Source: Candidatus Bathyarchaeota archaeon (GTDB taxonomy: Archaea > Thermoproteota > CALKCG01 > B24 > DRYS01). From it: 64,000 nt of DNA. A model generated the notes under the pieces. That model was not told the DNA's origin. It worked only from the letters and a program-made list of their open reading frames with translations, and searched no databases. Where the stretch lies: contig JAGTQC010000002.1 in assembly GCA_018396535.1 (NCBI GenBank), forward strand, positions 128,001 to 192,000, in the 5' to 3' direction. Of the stretch, positions 20,199-31,120 are shown one piece after another (the stretch's first letter is position 1; the number at the start of each line of letters is the position of its first letter). Made by a program: the position numbers and the translations under genes.

Positions 20199-21158
20199 TT
20201 AAGCATAAGTAGAAGCTTTCAGTAGAGCATCCATATCTTCAGCTAGCTCTTTTAGAGAAGCTACACCAACCATAGCGGATCCCGCCTTCACAACCCTAAA
20301 TACATAGTGAAATGCATCGATAGGACGAACCCTCCCTCCTGCTAAAGGCTTTATAGCTATTATCAGCCTACTCGCTCTAGCTATAGCATCCTCTACACTA
20401 TCTTTAGATGGGAGCATTAAGGCTCCTATAGGGTTTAACGGCGTTATGTATCCTTTAAAATCTAGATCGGATTCTTCGAGTATAGGTATAACCGATCCCG
20501 CATGGTGGGATCCTATGAATACTTCTAACCCTGATTCTCTAAGAATATCTATGCATTCTCCTAGAAGATCCAGTCTACGCGTTAATACTAGGAAATCAGC
20601 TTCGGAGCCAAGCTCTAAGAAGAGACATCTATCTAGATCGAAATACGATACCCTCTCTTCTATTAGCTTTAAATCTACGGAAAGCTCCTGAAAATCTTCG
20701 TATTCGTATGGCTTTATATCTGTTAAAGCTTTAGAAAAGATCTCCATCCATCCAGGTCTACATGATAGTATAGGATCTCTAAGGTATTTCTCCTTCAAGA
20801 TATATGCATCCATGACGCTCTTAGATTCTAGTATGAGATATGTAACCCAACGTCTTACATCGTCTATCTTCGCCCCCCTAATGGTTAAAGGTATGCTTAT
20901 ACAGGGTGCTAGCATCCATTCTATTCCTTCGCTTCTAAGCTTAGAGATCGATAGGAAGAATAGCTTGACTAGCTTATCCTCAGAATATGTAGGTGATGCT
21001 ACTACTCTAATACCGTAATCTACATAGGCGGATCTTAGAATATTCATCGTCTCATTCATATCGGAGAATCTTTCCCTATACAATCGGTTTATTTCAGGTC
21101 CCTGGTACGATTCACCTAGAAATGGTAGGCATCCTAGTATTACTCTAGGTATACTCAT
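20199..21158 (-). CDS. Hypothetical aldo/keto-reductase-like protein
   Basis: ILGCLPFLG at the N-terminus; IIAIKPLAGGR and MVGVAS..E at the C-terminus. Confidence 0.55.
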   Translation of the reverse strand: MSIPRVILGCLPFLGESYQGPEINRLYRERFSDMNETMNILRSAYVDYGIRVVASPTYSEDKLVKLFFLSISKLRSEGIEWMLAPCISIPLTIRGAKIDDVRRWVTYLILESKSVMDAYILKEKYLRDPILSCRPGWMEIFSKALTDIKPYEYEDFQELSVDLKLIEERVSYFDLDRCLFLELGSEADFLVLTRRLDLLGECIDILRESGLEVFIGSHHAGSVIPILEESDLDFKGYITPLNPIGALMLPSKDSVEDAIARASRLIIAIKPLAGGRVRPIDAFHYVFRVVKAGSAMVGVASLKELAEDMDALLKASTYA

Positions 21159-21200
21159 AATCCTAATATCGTCTTATTCAACTGAAAGTTAAAAGTTAGG

Positions 21201-22133
21201 GTGTCGTATGCTATGCCCTATGTAGTAGCTGCTACATGGAGCTTTGGTTTAAAGGCTGTATCGAGAGCCGCGGAGATTCTCACATTAAACGGAAACGCTC
21301 TCGACGCCGTCGAGGAGGGTATAAAAGTGGTTGAGCTTGATCCAGAGGTGTTAACAGTCGGTCTTGGAGGTATACCTAACCTTAAAGGTGTATGCGAGCT
21401 CGACGCCTCCATAATGGACGGCTACTCTCTCAAAGCGGGAGCTGTAGGTGGAGTGAGGAATGTTCTACATCCTATATCGGTAGCTAGGAAGGTTTTAGAA
21501 TTAACGCCTCATATACTATTAGTTGGTGATGAGGCTATAGATTTCGCTTCGAAACTCGGATTAACGGTATCGGAGTTTACTTGGAAGAAGGGGGCGTTAG
21601 AAAAGTGGAGAGAGCTTCTATCCAGTATAAATCTCGGAGTGGGTCTTCAACCCTATATGGATAAGATTAAAGCTTATATTGAGCATTATAGACTACATGA
21701 GACTATATCCGTAGTAGCTCTAGATAGATATGGAAACATAGCATCCGGTAGCTCTACTACCGGCCTACCGCTTAAAATTCCTGGAAGAGTGGGGGATTCT
21801 GCCATCATCGGTGCAGGCGTCTATGCAGATAATGACGTAGGAGCTGCATGTACGACTGGCGTAGGCGAGATAGCTCAGATAACACTTCTATCCAAGAATG
21901 TATGCGATCTTATACGTACGGGTCTAGATCCGCAAGATGCATGCGAGAAAGCTATAGAAAATACCTTTAGATATAAGTACTATCATGGAGGTATAGCAGT
22001 GTTAGCAATCGATCGTGAAGGTAGAATAGGAGCTGCATCATCGCGTAAAGACTTCGTATATGCATATATAGCTGAGGGTATGGATAAACCTAAAGTGGAA
22101 GCCGGCGTATACGTAGATTCTAGTGAATACTAG
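21201..22133 (+). CDS. Ntn-hydrolase asparaginase_2 family (glycosylasparaginase/isoaspartyl peptidase)
   Basis: ELDASIMDG, HPISVARKV, HET autoprocessing Thr, PGRVGDS, TGVGE. Confidence 0.9.
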   Translation: MSYAMPYVVAATWSFGLKAVSRAAEILTLNGNALDAVEEGIKVVELDPEVLTVGLGGIPNLKGVCELDASIMDGYSLKAGAVGGVRNVLHPISVARKVLELTPHILLVGDEAIDFASKLGLTVSEFTWKKGALEKWRELLSSINLGVGLQPYMDKIKAYIEHYRLHETISVVALDRYGNIASGSSTTGLPLKIPGRVGDSAIIGAGVYADNDVGAACTTGVGEIAQITLLSKNVCDLIRTGLDPQDACEKAIENTFRYKYYHGGIAVLAIDREGRIGAASSRKDFVYAYIAEGMDKPKVEAGVYVDSSEY

Positions 22134-23011
22134 AATCTCTTAGGGAATATCCTTGCTAAAGCAGGCTTCAATAAAGTCGTTAATACCAGCGAGACCGCTA
22201 CTTGACCGAATACATCCCTATACAGGGATATTAGAGCTGGAGCTAAACCCTTTATGAATATATTCACATAGAAGTATGTCATAGCCATAACAACTCCTCC
22301 CAAGGCGCATAGAGCTATCTGTATATAGAATCTTCTACCTTTACCAAGACCAGCTATAAACCCTTCTAACCCATGTGCAGGTATAGAGACAAACCATCGA
22401 GGATAACCTATATAGATATCTGCAGCAACGGCTCCTACAGCACCTATTAGAGCACCTAGTTTAGGTCCAAGCATAAGTGCTGATATGAATATGATAGTGT
22501 CACCTATATGGGTATACCCCCCTGTAGGTGATGGAAAGAATTGGCCTGTGAAAGCTGTAGCTACGGCTGTTAAAGCTGAGAATATAGCTATGGATGCTGC
22601 TTCTAAGCTAGATAATCTAACAGTAGGCTTGTATGTAGGCTCCTCCTTGAAGATAAAACCAGATCTAAAGCCTAGTATAGCTATAGCTACTAGCCCTGTT
22701 AAATCTATTAACGGCATATCCACGCCTATGATTCTCGAATAGGTTATAGACGCCACTCCTAAGCATAGGGAGGATAGCGATAATAGTATCGACCATAATC
22801 CACGAGTGAACAAAGATGCTAGTACTAGAAGTAGTGATAGAAGGCCGAGAGTTAATAACAAGCTTAAACTATTCTTCATATAGCCTGGAATATCTACAAC
22901 ACTTAGAAATGTGTATCCGCCAGCGTATAGTATATGAGTAACACTCATTAATGTATGGAGAGCTATGATAGCTCCTCCTATGATAGCTAGATACGTTTGT
23001 AGCGTCTTCAT
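22130..23011 (-). CDS. ECF transporter S component with an extra N-terminal membrane domain
   Basis: PTGGYTHIGD, GAVGAVAADI..GY, HGLEG in the C-terminal half. Confidence 0.8.
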   Translation of the reverse strand: MKTLQTYLAIIGGAIIALHTLMSVTHILYAGGYTFLSVVDIPGYMKNSLSLLLTLGLLSLLLVLASLFTRGLWSILLSLSSLCLGVASITYSRIIGVDMPLIDLTGLVAIAILGFRSGFIFKEEPTYKPTVRLSSLEAASIAIFSALTAVATAFTGQFFPSPTGGYTHIGDTIIFISALMLGPKLGALIGAVGAVAADIYIGYPRWFVSIPAHGLEGFIAGLGKGRRFYIQIALCALGGVVMAMTYFYVNIFIKGLAPALISLYRDVFGQVAVSLVLTTLLKPALARIFPKRF

Positions 23012-23205
23012 ACGGAAATTTATTCAAGTTTTAACTTTAATATTAAAGTTTGTCATTGTATAGTATGTAGGTTAGATATCGATCAGACAAGTATATCTAA
23101 TAGCTAAATCATATATGGCTGTATAATCCAATCTCGAATATACTCTACCTAGATAACCTATATATCCAGATATCGAGAAGTATATCATTTCCTTTAGGTG
23201 GTGTT

Positions 23206-24003
23206 ATGAAGATATCATGTCAAGAAAACCTACTAACAGGTGTATCGTTTGAAGAAAAGGTGTATACAGCTGAGAAGCTTAAGCTCGATGCTATAGAGGT
23301 TTGGGGTAGAGACCTTGATACTAGAATTAAGTCCATACTAGATGCAATATCATCTAGTCGAGTTAAGATTTCCACCATATGTAGTGGTTATCCTGGTGAT
23401 CTTCTAAGCACAGATAGGAGGGAAAGAGAAGAAGCTATGAATGGAATAATTGAGAGACTTAGATATGCATCTGAACTTGGAGCTATAGGTTTGATAGTCG
23501 TTCCAACCTTCGGTAGACCTAAGCTTCCAGATCTATACCCATTACATCGTGATGTAATCGAGCTGGAGAGGAGACTTATAATAGAGGAGCTTCGAATACT
23601 GGATAAATACGCTGTCGATTATGGAGTATACATACTGTTGGAGCCTATCAATAGGTATGAGACACATTTCATGAATAAAATTTCAGATGCGATTAAAATC
23701 GTAAGTGAGGTCTATGGAAACAATATAGCGGTTATGGCTGATTTCTTCCATATGAATATAGAGGAGAGAGATTTATCAGAAAGTTTACTTTCATGTATCC
23801 ACCTACTTAAACATATACATCTAGCGGATAGCAATAGACTCCCACCAGGTTTTGGGCATACAGATTTTAAGACACCCCTCTCCCTGCTCAAGAAGCATGG
23901 ATATAAATATTATATGGCTTACGAATGTAGGATACCTGAACCTACAGAGCTGAATCTAGAGAGATCTATAGGATATATCAGAAGCGTGATATGTGAGGTG
24001 TGA
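23206..24003 (+). CDS. Sugar phosphate isomerase/epimerase (xylose-isomerase-like TIM barrel)
   Basis: LEPINRYE, DFFHMNIEE, HIHLADSNR.PPG.GHTDF. Confidence 0.9.
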   Translation: MKISCQENLLTGVSFEEKVYTAEKLKLDAIEVWGRDLDTRIKSILDAISSSRVKISTICSGYPGDLLSTDRREREEAMNGIIERLRYASELGAIGLIVVPTFGRPKLPDLYPLHRDVIELERRLIIEELRILDKYAVDYGVYILLEPINRYETHFMNKISDAIKIVSEVYGNNIAVMADFFHMNIEERDLSESLLSCIHLLKHIHLADSNRLPPGFGHTDFKTPLSLLKKHGYKYYMAYECRIPEPTELNLERSIGYIRSVICEV

Positions 24004-24982
24004 TATGAGAAGGATTCGTGTAGGATTCATAGGTGCTGGAGGTATAGCAGGATTACATGCTAGTAAGCTATCTACCATCCCAGAGGTTGAGGTTGTTTCA
24101 GTAGCGGATGTCGTATACGATAAAGCTAGAAGCTTCTCTGAGAAGTATGGTGGTAAACCCTATAATGACTGGAGGGAGATGTATAAAAGCGAGAAGCTAG
24201 ATGCTGTATGGATATGTATACCTCCATATGCTCATACAGATGAAGTAGAGGAGGCGGCTGAAAGAGGTATCCATGTGTTTATAGAGAAGCCTATAGCTTT
24301 AACACTGGAGAAGGCTGAGGATATGAGGAGAGCTGTGGAGGAGAGTGGGGTTATATCATGGGTTGGCTACCATTTTAGGCAGGCGTACTCTATAAGACGG
24401 TGCAAGAGTATACTAAGCGAGTCTGGCCCGGTAGGTGTAGTTTTAGGTAGATGGTGGGGTGGAATAGTAGGAGATCCTAAACATTGGTGGTGGAGAAGAG
24501 AGCTTAGCGGAGGGCAGATAGTGGAGCAGGCTACGCATATATTCGATCTAGCAAGATTCCTTGTAGGTGATGTTTCAAGAGTTTACACAGAGTTAACCAA
24601 ATCTATGCTTACAGATATACCTGATCTAACTATAGAGGATGCTGCAGCAACTGTACTACGGTTTAAGAACGGGGCTATAGGTGTTATCACGAATACATGT
24701 GGTGCTAATCCTCAAGCTCATAAAGTAGAGATGGATATAGTAGCTAGGAGAGCTCATATAGAAATACGTGGTACGAAGAAAGCCACCATATATAGGATTG
24801 ACGGTGTAGAGGATATAACGTCACTCAACGATCCATACCTAGATGAGGATTTAAAATTTATAAAAGCTATCAAAGGTGAAGGCGAAAGCGAGGTTCCGAT
24901 AAGCGAAGGGGTAAAGACTCTCAAACTTACGTTAGCAGCTTTAGAAGCATACGAGAAAACACTACCTATAAAGATCGATTGA
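23993..24982 (+). CDS. Gfo/Idh/MocA oxidoreductase
   Basis: GFIGAGGIA, EKP, SGGQIVEQATHIFD. Confidence 0.9.
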   Translation: MRCDMRRIRVGFIGAGGIAGLHASKLSTIPEVEVVSVADVVYDKARSFSEKYGGKPYNDWREMYKSEKLDAVWICIPPYAHTDEVEEAAERGIHVFIEKPIALTLEKAEDMRRAVEESGVISWVGYHFRQAYSIRRCKSILSESGPVGVVLGRWWGGIVGDPKHWWWRRELSGGQIVEQATHIFDLARFLVGDVSRVYTELTKSMLTDIPDLTIEDAAATVLRFKNGAIGVITNTCGANPQAHKVEMDIVARRAHIEIRGTKKATIYRIDGVEDITSLNDPYLDEDLKFIKAIKGEGESEVPISEGVKTLKLTLAALEAYEKTLPIKID

Positions 24983-25088
24983 GTAATGTGGCTATCCCCC
25001 TATTTCATGGTATATTATGTTTAATGTACATTTTTGATCAATAAAGTTTAATACTAAGCTTAAATGTACTTAGTGGGCGTGATACCCT

Positions 25089-26498
25089 ATGTCTAGAGGG
25101 ATATGTAAAGTAGTATTGGATGAAGAACTCATCCCTAGGAGCTGGTATAATATACTACCAGATCTACCAGAGCCTCTACCACCACCATTGAATCCTGCTA
25201 CTAGATCACCAGTCAATCCTAAAGATCTTGAAGCTATTTTTGCTAAAGAACTAGTACGACAGGAAGTTTCACAGGATAGATGGATACCCATACCTGATGA
25301 AGTTAGGGATGTATACAAGCTTTGGCGGCCTACACCCCTTTATAGAGCGTATAGGCTTGAGAAGGCTTTGAAAACCCCTGCTAAGATCTACTATAAGTAT
25401 GAAGGGGTAAGTCCTCCTGGAAGTCATAAACCGAATACAGCTGTAGCTCAAGCATATTACAATATGATAGAAGGAATAGAAAGGCTTACAACTGAGACGG
25501 GAGCTGGACAATGGGGTTCAGCTTTAGCATTTGCATGTATGTTATTCGGCTTGAAATCTACCATTTACATGGTTAAGGTTAGCTATAATCAGAAGCCCTA
25601 TCGTAGGATTCTGATGGAGATGTGGGGTGCGGAGGTTTTAGCCAGCCCAAGTAGTAGAACTGAGGCTGGACGGAAGATTTTGGAAAAGGATCCAGATAAT
25701 CCTGGTAGTCTAGGCATAGCTATAAGCGAAGCTATAGAGGATGCTGTTAAAGATCCTAGAGCTAAGTATACTCTTGGAAGTGTTTTGAATCACGTATTAC
25801 TACACCAGACGGTTATAGGGTTGGAAGCTAGGGAGCAGTTTGCGGTAATCGATGAATATCCAGATATGATAATTGGATGTATAGGTGGTGGAAGCAGTTT
25901 CTCAGGTATATTCTGGCCATTTTACTACGATAAGGTATCAGGCAAAGCACCCAAGGATATCAGATTCATAGCGGTAGAGCCTACGGCATGCCCCTCTATA
26001 ACTCAGGGTTTCTATACCTACGACCATGGAGATACAGCTAGATTAACACCGCTACTCAAGATGTATACGCTAGGACATACATTTATACCCCCACCAATAC
26101 ATGCCGGAGGTTTAAGGTATCATGGAAAAGCTCCGACGCTATGCTTACTAGCTAGACATGGAATAGTGGATGTTAGAGCTTACGATCAGGTTAGTGTATT
26201 CGATGCCGCCGCGCTATTCACTAAGACTGAGGGGATACTACCGGCTCCTGAACCCAGCCACGCTATCAAAGCCGTGATAGATGAAGCTATAAGATGTCGG
26301 GAGGAAAATGAGGAGAAGACAATATTATTCCTACTATGCGGGCATGGGTTATTGGATATGCAGGCATTCGACGACTATTTGAGGGGTAAGCTTCACCCAT
26401 ACTACTATCCTAGGGAACATGTTATAGAGGCATTAAGAGAGCTGAAAACACTGTACCCATGGCTTAACGGAGAGCTTTCAAAAGCACTATCTGAATGA
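25089..26498 (+). CDS. trpB2: TrpB-like PLP enzyme (TrpB2)
   Basis: [34 protein letters not shown]. Confidence 0.95.
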   Translation: MSRGICKVVLDEELIPRSWYNILPDLPEPLPPPLNPATRSPVNPKDLEAIFAKELVRQEVSQDRWIPIPDEVRDVYKLWRPTPLYRAYRLEKALKTPAKIYYKYEGVSPPGSHKPNTAVAQAYYNMIEGIERLTTETGAGQWGSALAFACMLFGLKSTIYMVKVSYNQKPYRRILMEMWGAEVLASPSSRTEAGRKILEKDPDNPGSLGIAISEAIEDAVKDPRAKYTLGSVLNHVLLHQTVIGLEAREQFAVIDEYPDMIIGCIGGGSSFSGIFWPFYYDKVSGKAPKDIRFIAVEPTACPSITQGFYTYDHGDTARLTPLLKMYTLGHTFIPPPIHAGGLRYHGKAPTLCLLARHGIVDVRAYDQVSVFDAAALFTKTEGILPAPEPSHAIKAVIDEAIRCREENEEKTILFLLCGHGLLDMQAFDDYLRGKLHPYYYPREHVIEALRELKTLYPWLNGELSKALSE

Positions 26499-26532
26499 GA
26501 TATGATGCGTGCATATCGATTATAAATGTAAG

Positions 26533-26826
26533 CTACCCTCCGCCTACAAGTATAGGCGCTATTACTATCTCATCTCCATCCCTAACTAGGTGTATATTCC
26601 ACTTTTCACGAGGTAATGCTACACCATTAACCATAGCCGCATAGGTAGGATTACCGGGCTCCATTATACTATACATCTCCTTTCTAAGTGAGGCTTCAAG
26701 CATATCTATTAGTAGCCCCATAACTTCTTCTACTGTTAAGCTGGTATGATCCTCTATAGTTAAGGTGAAGCTATATGGCTTATTAGATAAGCCTATTAGG
26801 GAGATCTTAACCTTCACTTGAACCAC
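26533..26826 (-). CDS. MoaD/ThiS-like ubiquitin-like protein (SAMP)
   Basis: VNG...DGDEIVIAPILVGGG, C-terminal GG. Confidence 0.8.
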   Translation of the reverse strand: MVQVKVKISLIGLSNKPYSFTLTIEDHTSLTVEEVMGLLIDMLEASLRKEMYSIMEPGNPTYAAMVNGVALPREKWNIHLVRDGDEIVIAPILVGGG

Positions 26827-27283
26827 CCGTTAGCTTCTTAGCTACTTCAACCCTCTTAATCTGAGCCCTGATGTCGCGGCTAGTAAGGGTTAACGCATCT
26901 TCCGGGCATGCGTCTATGCAGAGAGGTGAGCCATCGCATAGATCGCATACTATAGCCACCATCCTCAAAGGATGAAGCATTATAACGCCGAAGTCGCATG
27001 CCTCTATACATAACCCACATCCAACACATTTATCCTCATCGACCACTATATGCCCATCTTGAGCTTGTGTGAGAGCATCCCTAGGACAAGCCTTAACGCA
27101 TGGAGGGTTTTCGCAAAGTACGCATGTTAAAGCTACATTCCTATATGGGTAGAGGCGTACACTCCTTATCCTAGAGGCAACGGAGCTAAATCTATTCTCA
27201 TGCTTCAAAGAGCATACAAGCTCGCAGATGCCGCATCCTACGCATTTGGAGGGGTCGCAATATACAAACTTGAACTTCTTCAA
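26807..27283 (-). CDS. Multi-4Fe-4S ferredoxin-like protein
   Basis: CVGCGICELVC, CVLCENPPCVKACP, CVGCGLCIEAC, CDLC...CIDACP. Confidence 0.9.
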   Translation of the reverse strand: MKKFKFVYCDPSKCVGCGICELVCSLKHENRFSSVASRIRSVRLYPYRNVALTCVLCENPPCVKACPRDALTQAQDGHIVVDEDKCVGCGLCIEACDFGVIMLHPLRMVAIVCDLCDGSPLCIDACPEDALTLTSRDIRAQIKRVEVAKKLTGGSSEG

Positions 27284-27292
27284 GACGATATC

Positions 27293-29149
27293 TCACCTCG
27301 CTATGTAGCTTATGAGCGGAATATATTCTTCTATACCGAGCTCTAGAAGTTTAGATGGGCGGGGTACACCTTCACTATCCCAGCCTCTAGCCTCGTAATA
27401 GTCAAGGATTAGCATTCTAAGTTCTTCAGGCGCAACTTTACTACCCTTCGCAAGCCCCTCTGGTATAGGGTCTTTCATCACTCTTGGTGGGAGCGTATCG
27501 TCCATCCATGTGAGCCCCTCACGCATATTATATATACGGGCTAGGTTGCTTATCCTTTCAGCGCTCTTTAGTAGATCTGCAGCTGAGAACTGGAAGCCTG
27601 TAACTAGATTGTATATGTAGGCTATCTCCTCTAAACCCTTCCATGCCGCTCTTGTAAACTTACAGAGAGGTAAGGAGTCGTATACGATGTATATATCCTC
27701 GCTTTCAGCTACAAGTTTTCCCCGACCTCTTTCAGCTTTAAATCTATCAACTTTACCGCTTAAATCGAAGCTGTAAGCTCCATGTGTCTGATGGTGGGCT
27801 CCTCTCCTAGAGACTGCATAGCCTAACGCAGCTGTTTTCAACCCTCTAACGTCATACCCGGTCATCTCGACACCTTTCACATGCATAGCAAAATCTATGC
27901 TACCACTAATCTTCTCGGAAGCTCTCTTAACACCCTCAGCGAGTATGCTACCTAGATTTTCTCGGAAGGCTATCTGCTCAATCATAGTGAGTAAAGCCTC
28001 TGAATTACCGAATTCGAGAGCCACTCCACCAGTATCTTCCCTGGATATTAGGCCTCTGGAGAAGCACTCCATAACGAAGCCTATCACCACACCTGTCGAG
28101 ATAGCATCCATGCCGTAGAGATCGCATAGCTCTATCGCCTTTATCACAGCGTCAAGCTCCCTTACACCGCAGTAAGGTCCAAGAGCCCATAATGACTCAT
28201 ACTCAACCCTAACGGTAGTACCTTTAAACTTTCCATCTTTAACCTCAGCCACATGTTCACACCTCATAGGGCAGGAGGGGCATGCCTGTATCTTAGCTAC
28301 GAACATTTCGTTTAATGTTTCACCACTAACCTGTAATGCTCCGTCAAACATTGCCTCCCTATAGTTCCTAGTAGGAAGGGCTGCGGCAGTATTTAGTACG
28401 AGTATGTTTGCCGATGTACCTAGCGTTCTATACTTGGTAGTAGCTGGTCCTTGAAGCCTATGGTAAAGTTCTAGGCACTTTTCCTGAAGGGTCTTCGGCT
28501 CAGCTACCTCGACTGCACCGGTACCCCTTACGGCGATGGCTTTAATGTTCTTACTACCCATGACGGCTCCTAACCCAGTCCTACCTGCAGCTCTATACCT
28601 ATCGTTCATTATACAGGCAAATCTGACAAGGTTCTCACCTGCAGGCCCGATGGAGGCAACCCTCACCTCGTGGTCGCCGAGCTCTCTACGTATAGTATCC
28701 TCGGTTTCCCATGTAGTCTTCCCCCATAGATGTGATGCATCTAGGAAATGCACCGTGTCATCCTCTATATATAGGTATAATGGTCTATCAGCCTTACCCT
28801 TAACTACTAGTGCATCATAACCAGCTCTCTTAAACTCGAGACACCAAAAGCCGGCGGAATATGCCTCCCCGAGGAGATTTGATAGGGGGGATTTAGCGAA
28901 AACGCCATATCTAGAACTGCATGGAACCATAGTACCTACGAATGGGCCTACAGTAAATACGAGCGGGTTACATGGATGGAATGGGTCTATTCTGGGCTCC
29001 TGATAGTCCATTAGAAGCTTTATACCTATACCAGTCGCTCCAAGCCACTTCTTAATGAAACCCTCATCTAGAGGTATAGTCTTATAGCTTCTCTCAGTGA
29101 CATCTATATACAAAATTCTACCCATAAATCCGTAGGGCATAATAGTCAC
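27293..29149 (-). CDS. aor: Tungsten aldehyde:ferredoxin oxidoreductase family
   Basis: KSPL, IGPAGENLVRFA, GR.GLGAVMGSKNIKAI, CPSCPMRC, EYE, DLYGMD, YYEARGW. Confidence 0.92.
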   Translation of the reverse strand: MTIMPYGFMGRILYIDVTERSYKTIPLDEGFIKKWLGATGIGIKLLMDYQEPRIDPFHPCNPLVFTVGPFVGTMVPCSSRYGVFAKSPLSNLLGEAYSAGFWCLEFKRAGYDALVVKGKADRPLYLYIEDDTVHFLDASHLWGKTTWETEDTIRRELGDHEVRVASIGPAGENLVRFACIMNDRYRAAGRTGLGAVMGSKNIKAIAVRGTGAVEVAEPKTLQEKCLELYHRLQGPATTKYRTLGTSANILVLNTAAALPTRNYREAMFDGALQVSGETLNEMFVAKIQACPSCPMRCEHVAEVKDGKFKGTTVRVEYESLWALGPYCGVRELDAVIKAIELCDLYGMDAISTGVVIGFVMECFSRGLISREDTGGVALEFGNSEALLTMIEQIAFRENLGSILAEGVKRASEKISGSIDFAMHVKGVEMTGYDVRGLKTAALGYAVSRRGAHHQTHGAYSFDLSGKVDRFKAERGRGKLVAESEDIYIVYDSLPLCKFTRAAWKGLEEIAYIYNLVTGFQFSAADLLKSAERISNLARIYNMREGLTWMDDTLPPRVMKDPIPEGLAKGSKVAPEELRMLILDYYEARGWDSEGVPRPSKLLELGIEEYIPLISYIAR

Positions 29150-29151
29150 CC

Positions 29152-29484
29152 TTATATGTCGAATATCACCTCAGCCACCCTGACCCTCTTCAAGCTAGAT
29201 TCCTTCATAAGGTTAGAGAATGCGTCTCTGAAATCCTGGCATGCTACCCTAGGCCTATGACCCCTTACACAAGCCGTAAACCCATTGACCAACACAATAT
29301 TCTCACAGTAAAGGCAAAAACCCCCGTAATCTCTGATAAACCTTGGCGAGTCAGGTTTAGGCTTAAAGTCCCCGCATGCTATCTTAGGTCTATGATTTCT
29401 TACGCATGCAGCGAACCCCTCTATATCCCTACGCTCTACAAAATTCAGGCAGTTTCTACAGAAGTTCGGTTTAGGCTGAATCAT
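29152..29484 (-). CDS. Hypothetical protein with two tandem Cys/His-rich repeats
   Basis: FCRNC...GFAACVRNHRPKIACGDF and FCLYC...GFTACVRGHRPRVACQDF; fits between the neighbouring operon genes. Confidence 0.7.
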   Translation of the reverse strand: MIQPKPNFCRNCLNFVERRDIEGFAACVRNHRPKIACGDFKPKPDSPRFIRDYGGFCLYCENIVLVNGFTACVRGHRPRVACQDFRDAFSNLMKESSLKRVRVAEVIFDI

Positions 29485-29496
29485 GCTTCTGTACCC

Positions 29497-31089
29497 CTAA
29501 CCGTCTAATAGTATTGACTCCATAGCTTCAGCCTCAGACTCCTCAGGTAGGGGTAGCCCGGTAGCTTTCGCAGCCCTTTCCGTTAAGGCGAAAAGGTCTC
29601 TCCTAGATGCTAAGCTTAGCTTAAACTTACGCATACCAGCTAGTAGTTGCTGCAGCCCCACCCTTATCCTCTCCATATATCCGTAGACCCCTAAAGCACC
29701 CCACGGAACGGATCCTATCCTATCTCCAAGTTTAGGCTGTAGCTCTGAGAACGCTATGAAGAACTTGTACGGATCCTCTCCATATATGTATGAGAAGTTT
29801 TTAGGTACACTACCTTTCGAGGCTAGTCTAGCGAAGTATTCCGCTTTCATAGCTGCGGTGAGGATAGCCCTACCTATAACGACGGCTTTAACATACTGGC
29901 CTTCACCGAAGTTGCTCATAGCTATAGCCTTCAAAATCTGTGTTTCGTTTATGAAACCACCAGCCATGACTATGTCCGGGACATACCTACCTCTACTCCT
30001 AAGTATCTCCGCACACCTGAGAACTTGAGCCTCTAAGTATACCGTTGGAACCCCCATTTCATCCATCATGGATACCGGACTCATACCAGTACCTCCTTCA
30101 CAGCCATCAAATGTTATATAGTCTATCTTAGCTTCCGATGCAAGCTTCAACGTGTAGGCCGTAGCCGTAGGCCTGTAGGCTCCTGTTTTAAGACTTATAT
30201 GCTTAGCACCATGCTCCCTAAGCCTATCTATCCCCTCAAGGAATTCCTCCCTAGATGCCATACCTACACGGCTATGCCTCTCGAAGCTTTTGAAGAACCC
30301 AGCCTTAAACGCAGCCTGGATCTCGGGATCCTCTGGATCCGGTATGACAAGGTAGCCTCTCCTCTTAAGCATTAAAGCTCTATCTAGATCTGCCACCCTA
30401 ACCTCTCCGCCTATAGCCTTAGCACCCTGACCCCACTTTATTTCTATCACATCGACCTCAAGCTTCGTCAACGCGTATATTCCTACCCCTAACCTCTCAT
30501 CTTCTACGTTTGTCTGTACAGCTATACCTCCATATATGCCATCCCAAAACTCTCTGTAGGATTCGACTCTAGATCTTAACGCAGGAGACTCTACGATCTT
30601 ACCGTTAGAGATTACGGCATCAGGATCCATACCGCATACATTCTCACCGATTGTAACGAGTATACCAGATAGTGCAGCTCCTATAGCTACGCCTCTCCAA
30701 TACTTAGCTGCTACAGCGGTGGATCCTAAAGCCCCTGTAATGACTGGGATTCTAAGCCTAATCCCGCCGACGGAAGTTTCGACATCTACGTTTGGAAATA
30801 AGGCTTTATCTGGATCAGGCTCTATACCTTCAACACCCCTTACTTCGCAGTGGAAGTTAAAGTGGCTCCAATCTAAGCCGTAATCCTTTACAGCTCCAGC
30901 TGTGCTGAGGCCGAAGAGGAATGGCGCAGGGTAGAGAGCTTCTCTCCCTCTAAACGCTGATAATGCTATCTCGCATATGAAGGGGCACTCTTCTATGCAG
31001 AGCGGGCACATCCCGCTTGTAGCAGCCGGATCCTCAACCCTTAAGGTTGTCCATGTAGTTGACTTAGAGTTAAGATATGATGAATTCAT
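29497..31089 (-). CDS. FMN-binding glutamate synthase family protein (stand-alone archaeal type)
   Basis: SGMCPLC...CEI, FRGRE.LYP, EIKWGQGAKAIGGE, FERHSRVG, GGTGMSP. Confidence 0.9.
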   Translation of the reverse strand: MNSSYLNSKSTTWTTLRVEDPAATSGMCPLCIEECPFICEIALSAFRGREALYPAPFLFGLSTAGAVKDYGLDWSHFNFHCEVRGVEGIEPDPDKALFPNVDVETSVGGIRLRIPVITGALGSTAVAAKYWRGVAIGAALSGILVTIGENVCGMDPDAVISNGKIVESPALRSRVESYREFWDGIYGGIAVQTNVEDERLGVGIYALTKLEVDVIEIKWGQGAKAIGGEVRVADLDRALMLKRRGYLVIPDPEDPEIQAAFKAGFFKSFERHSRVGMASREEFLEGIDRLREHGAKHISLKTGAYRPTATAYTLKLASEAKIDYITFDGCEGGTGMSPVSMMDEMGVPTVYLEAQVLRCAEILRSRGRYVPDIVMAGGFINETQILKAIAMSNFGEGQYVKAVVIGRAILTAAMKAEYFARLASKGSVPKNFSYIYGEDPYKFFIAFSELQPKLGDRIGSVPWGALGVYGYMERIRVGLQQLLAGMRKFKLSLASRRDLFALTERAAKATGLPLPEESEAEAMESILLDG

Positions 31090-31120
31090 AACCGAAAAAC
31101 GTTAAATGCATTATAGCAGG

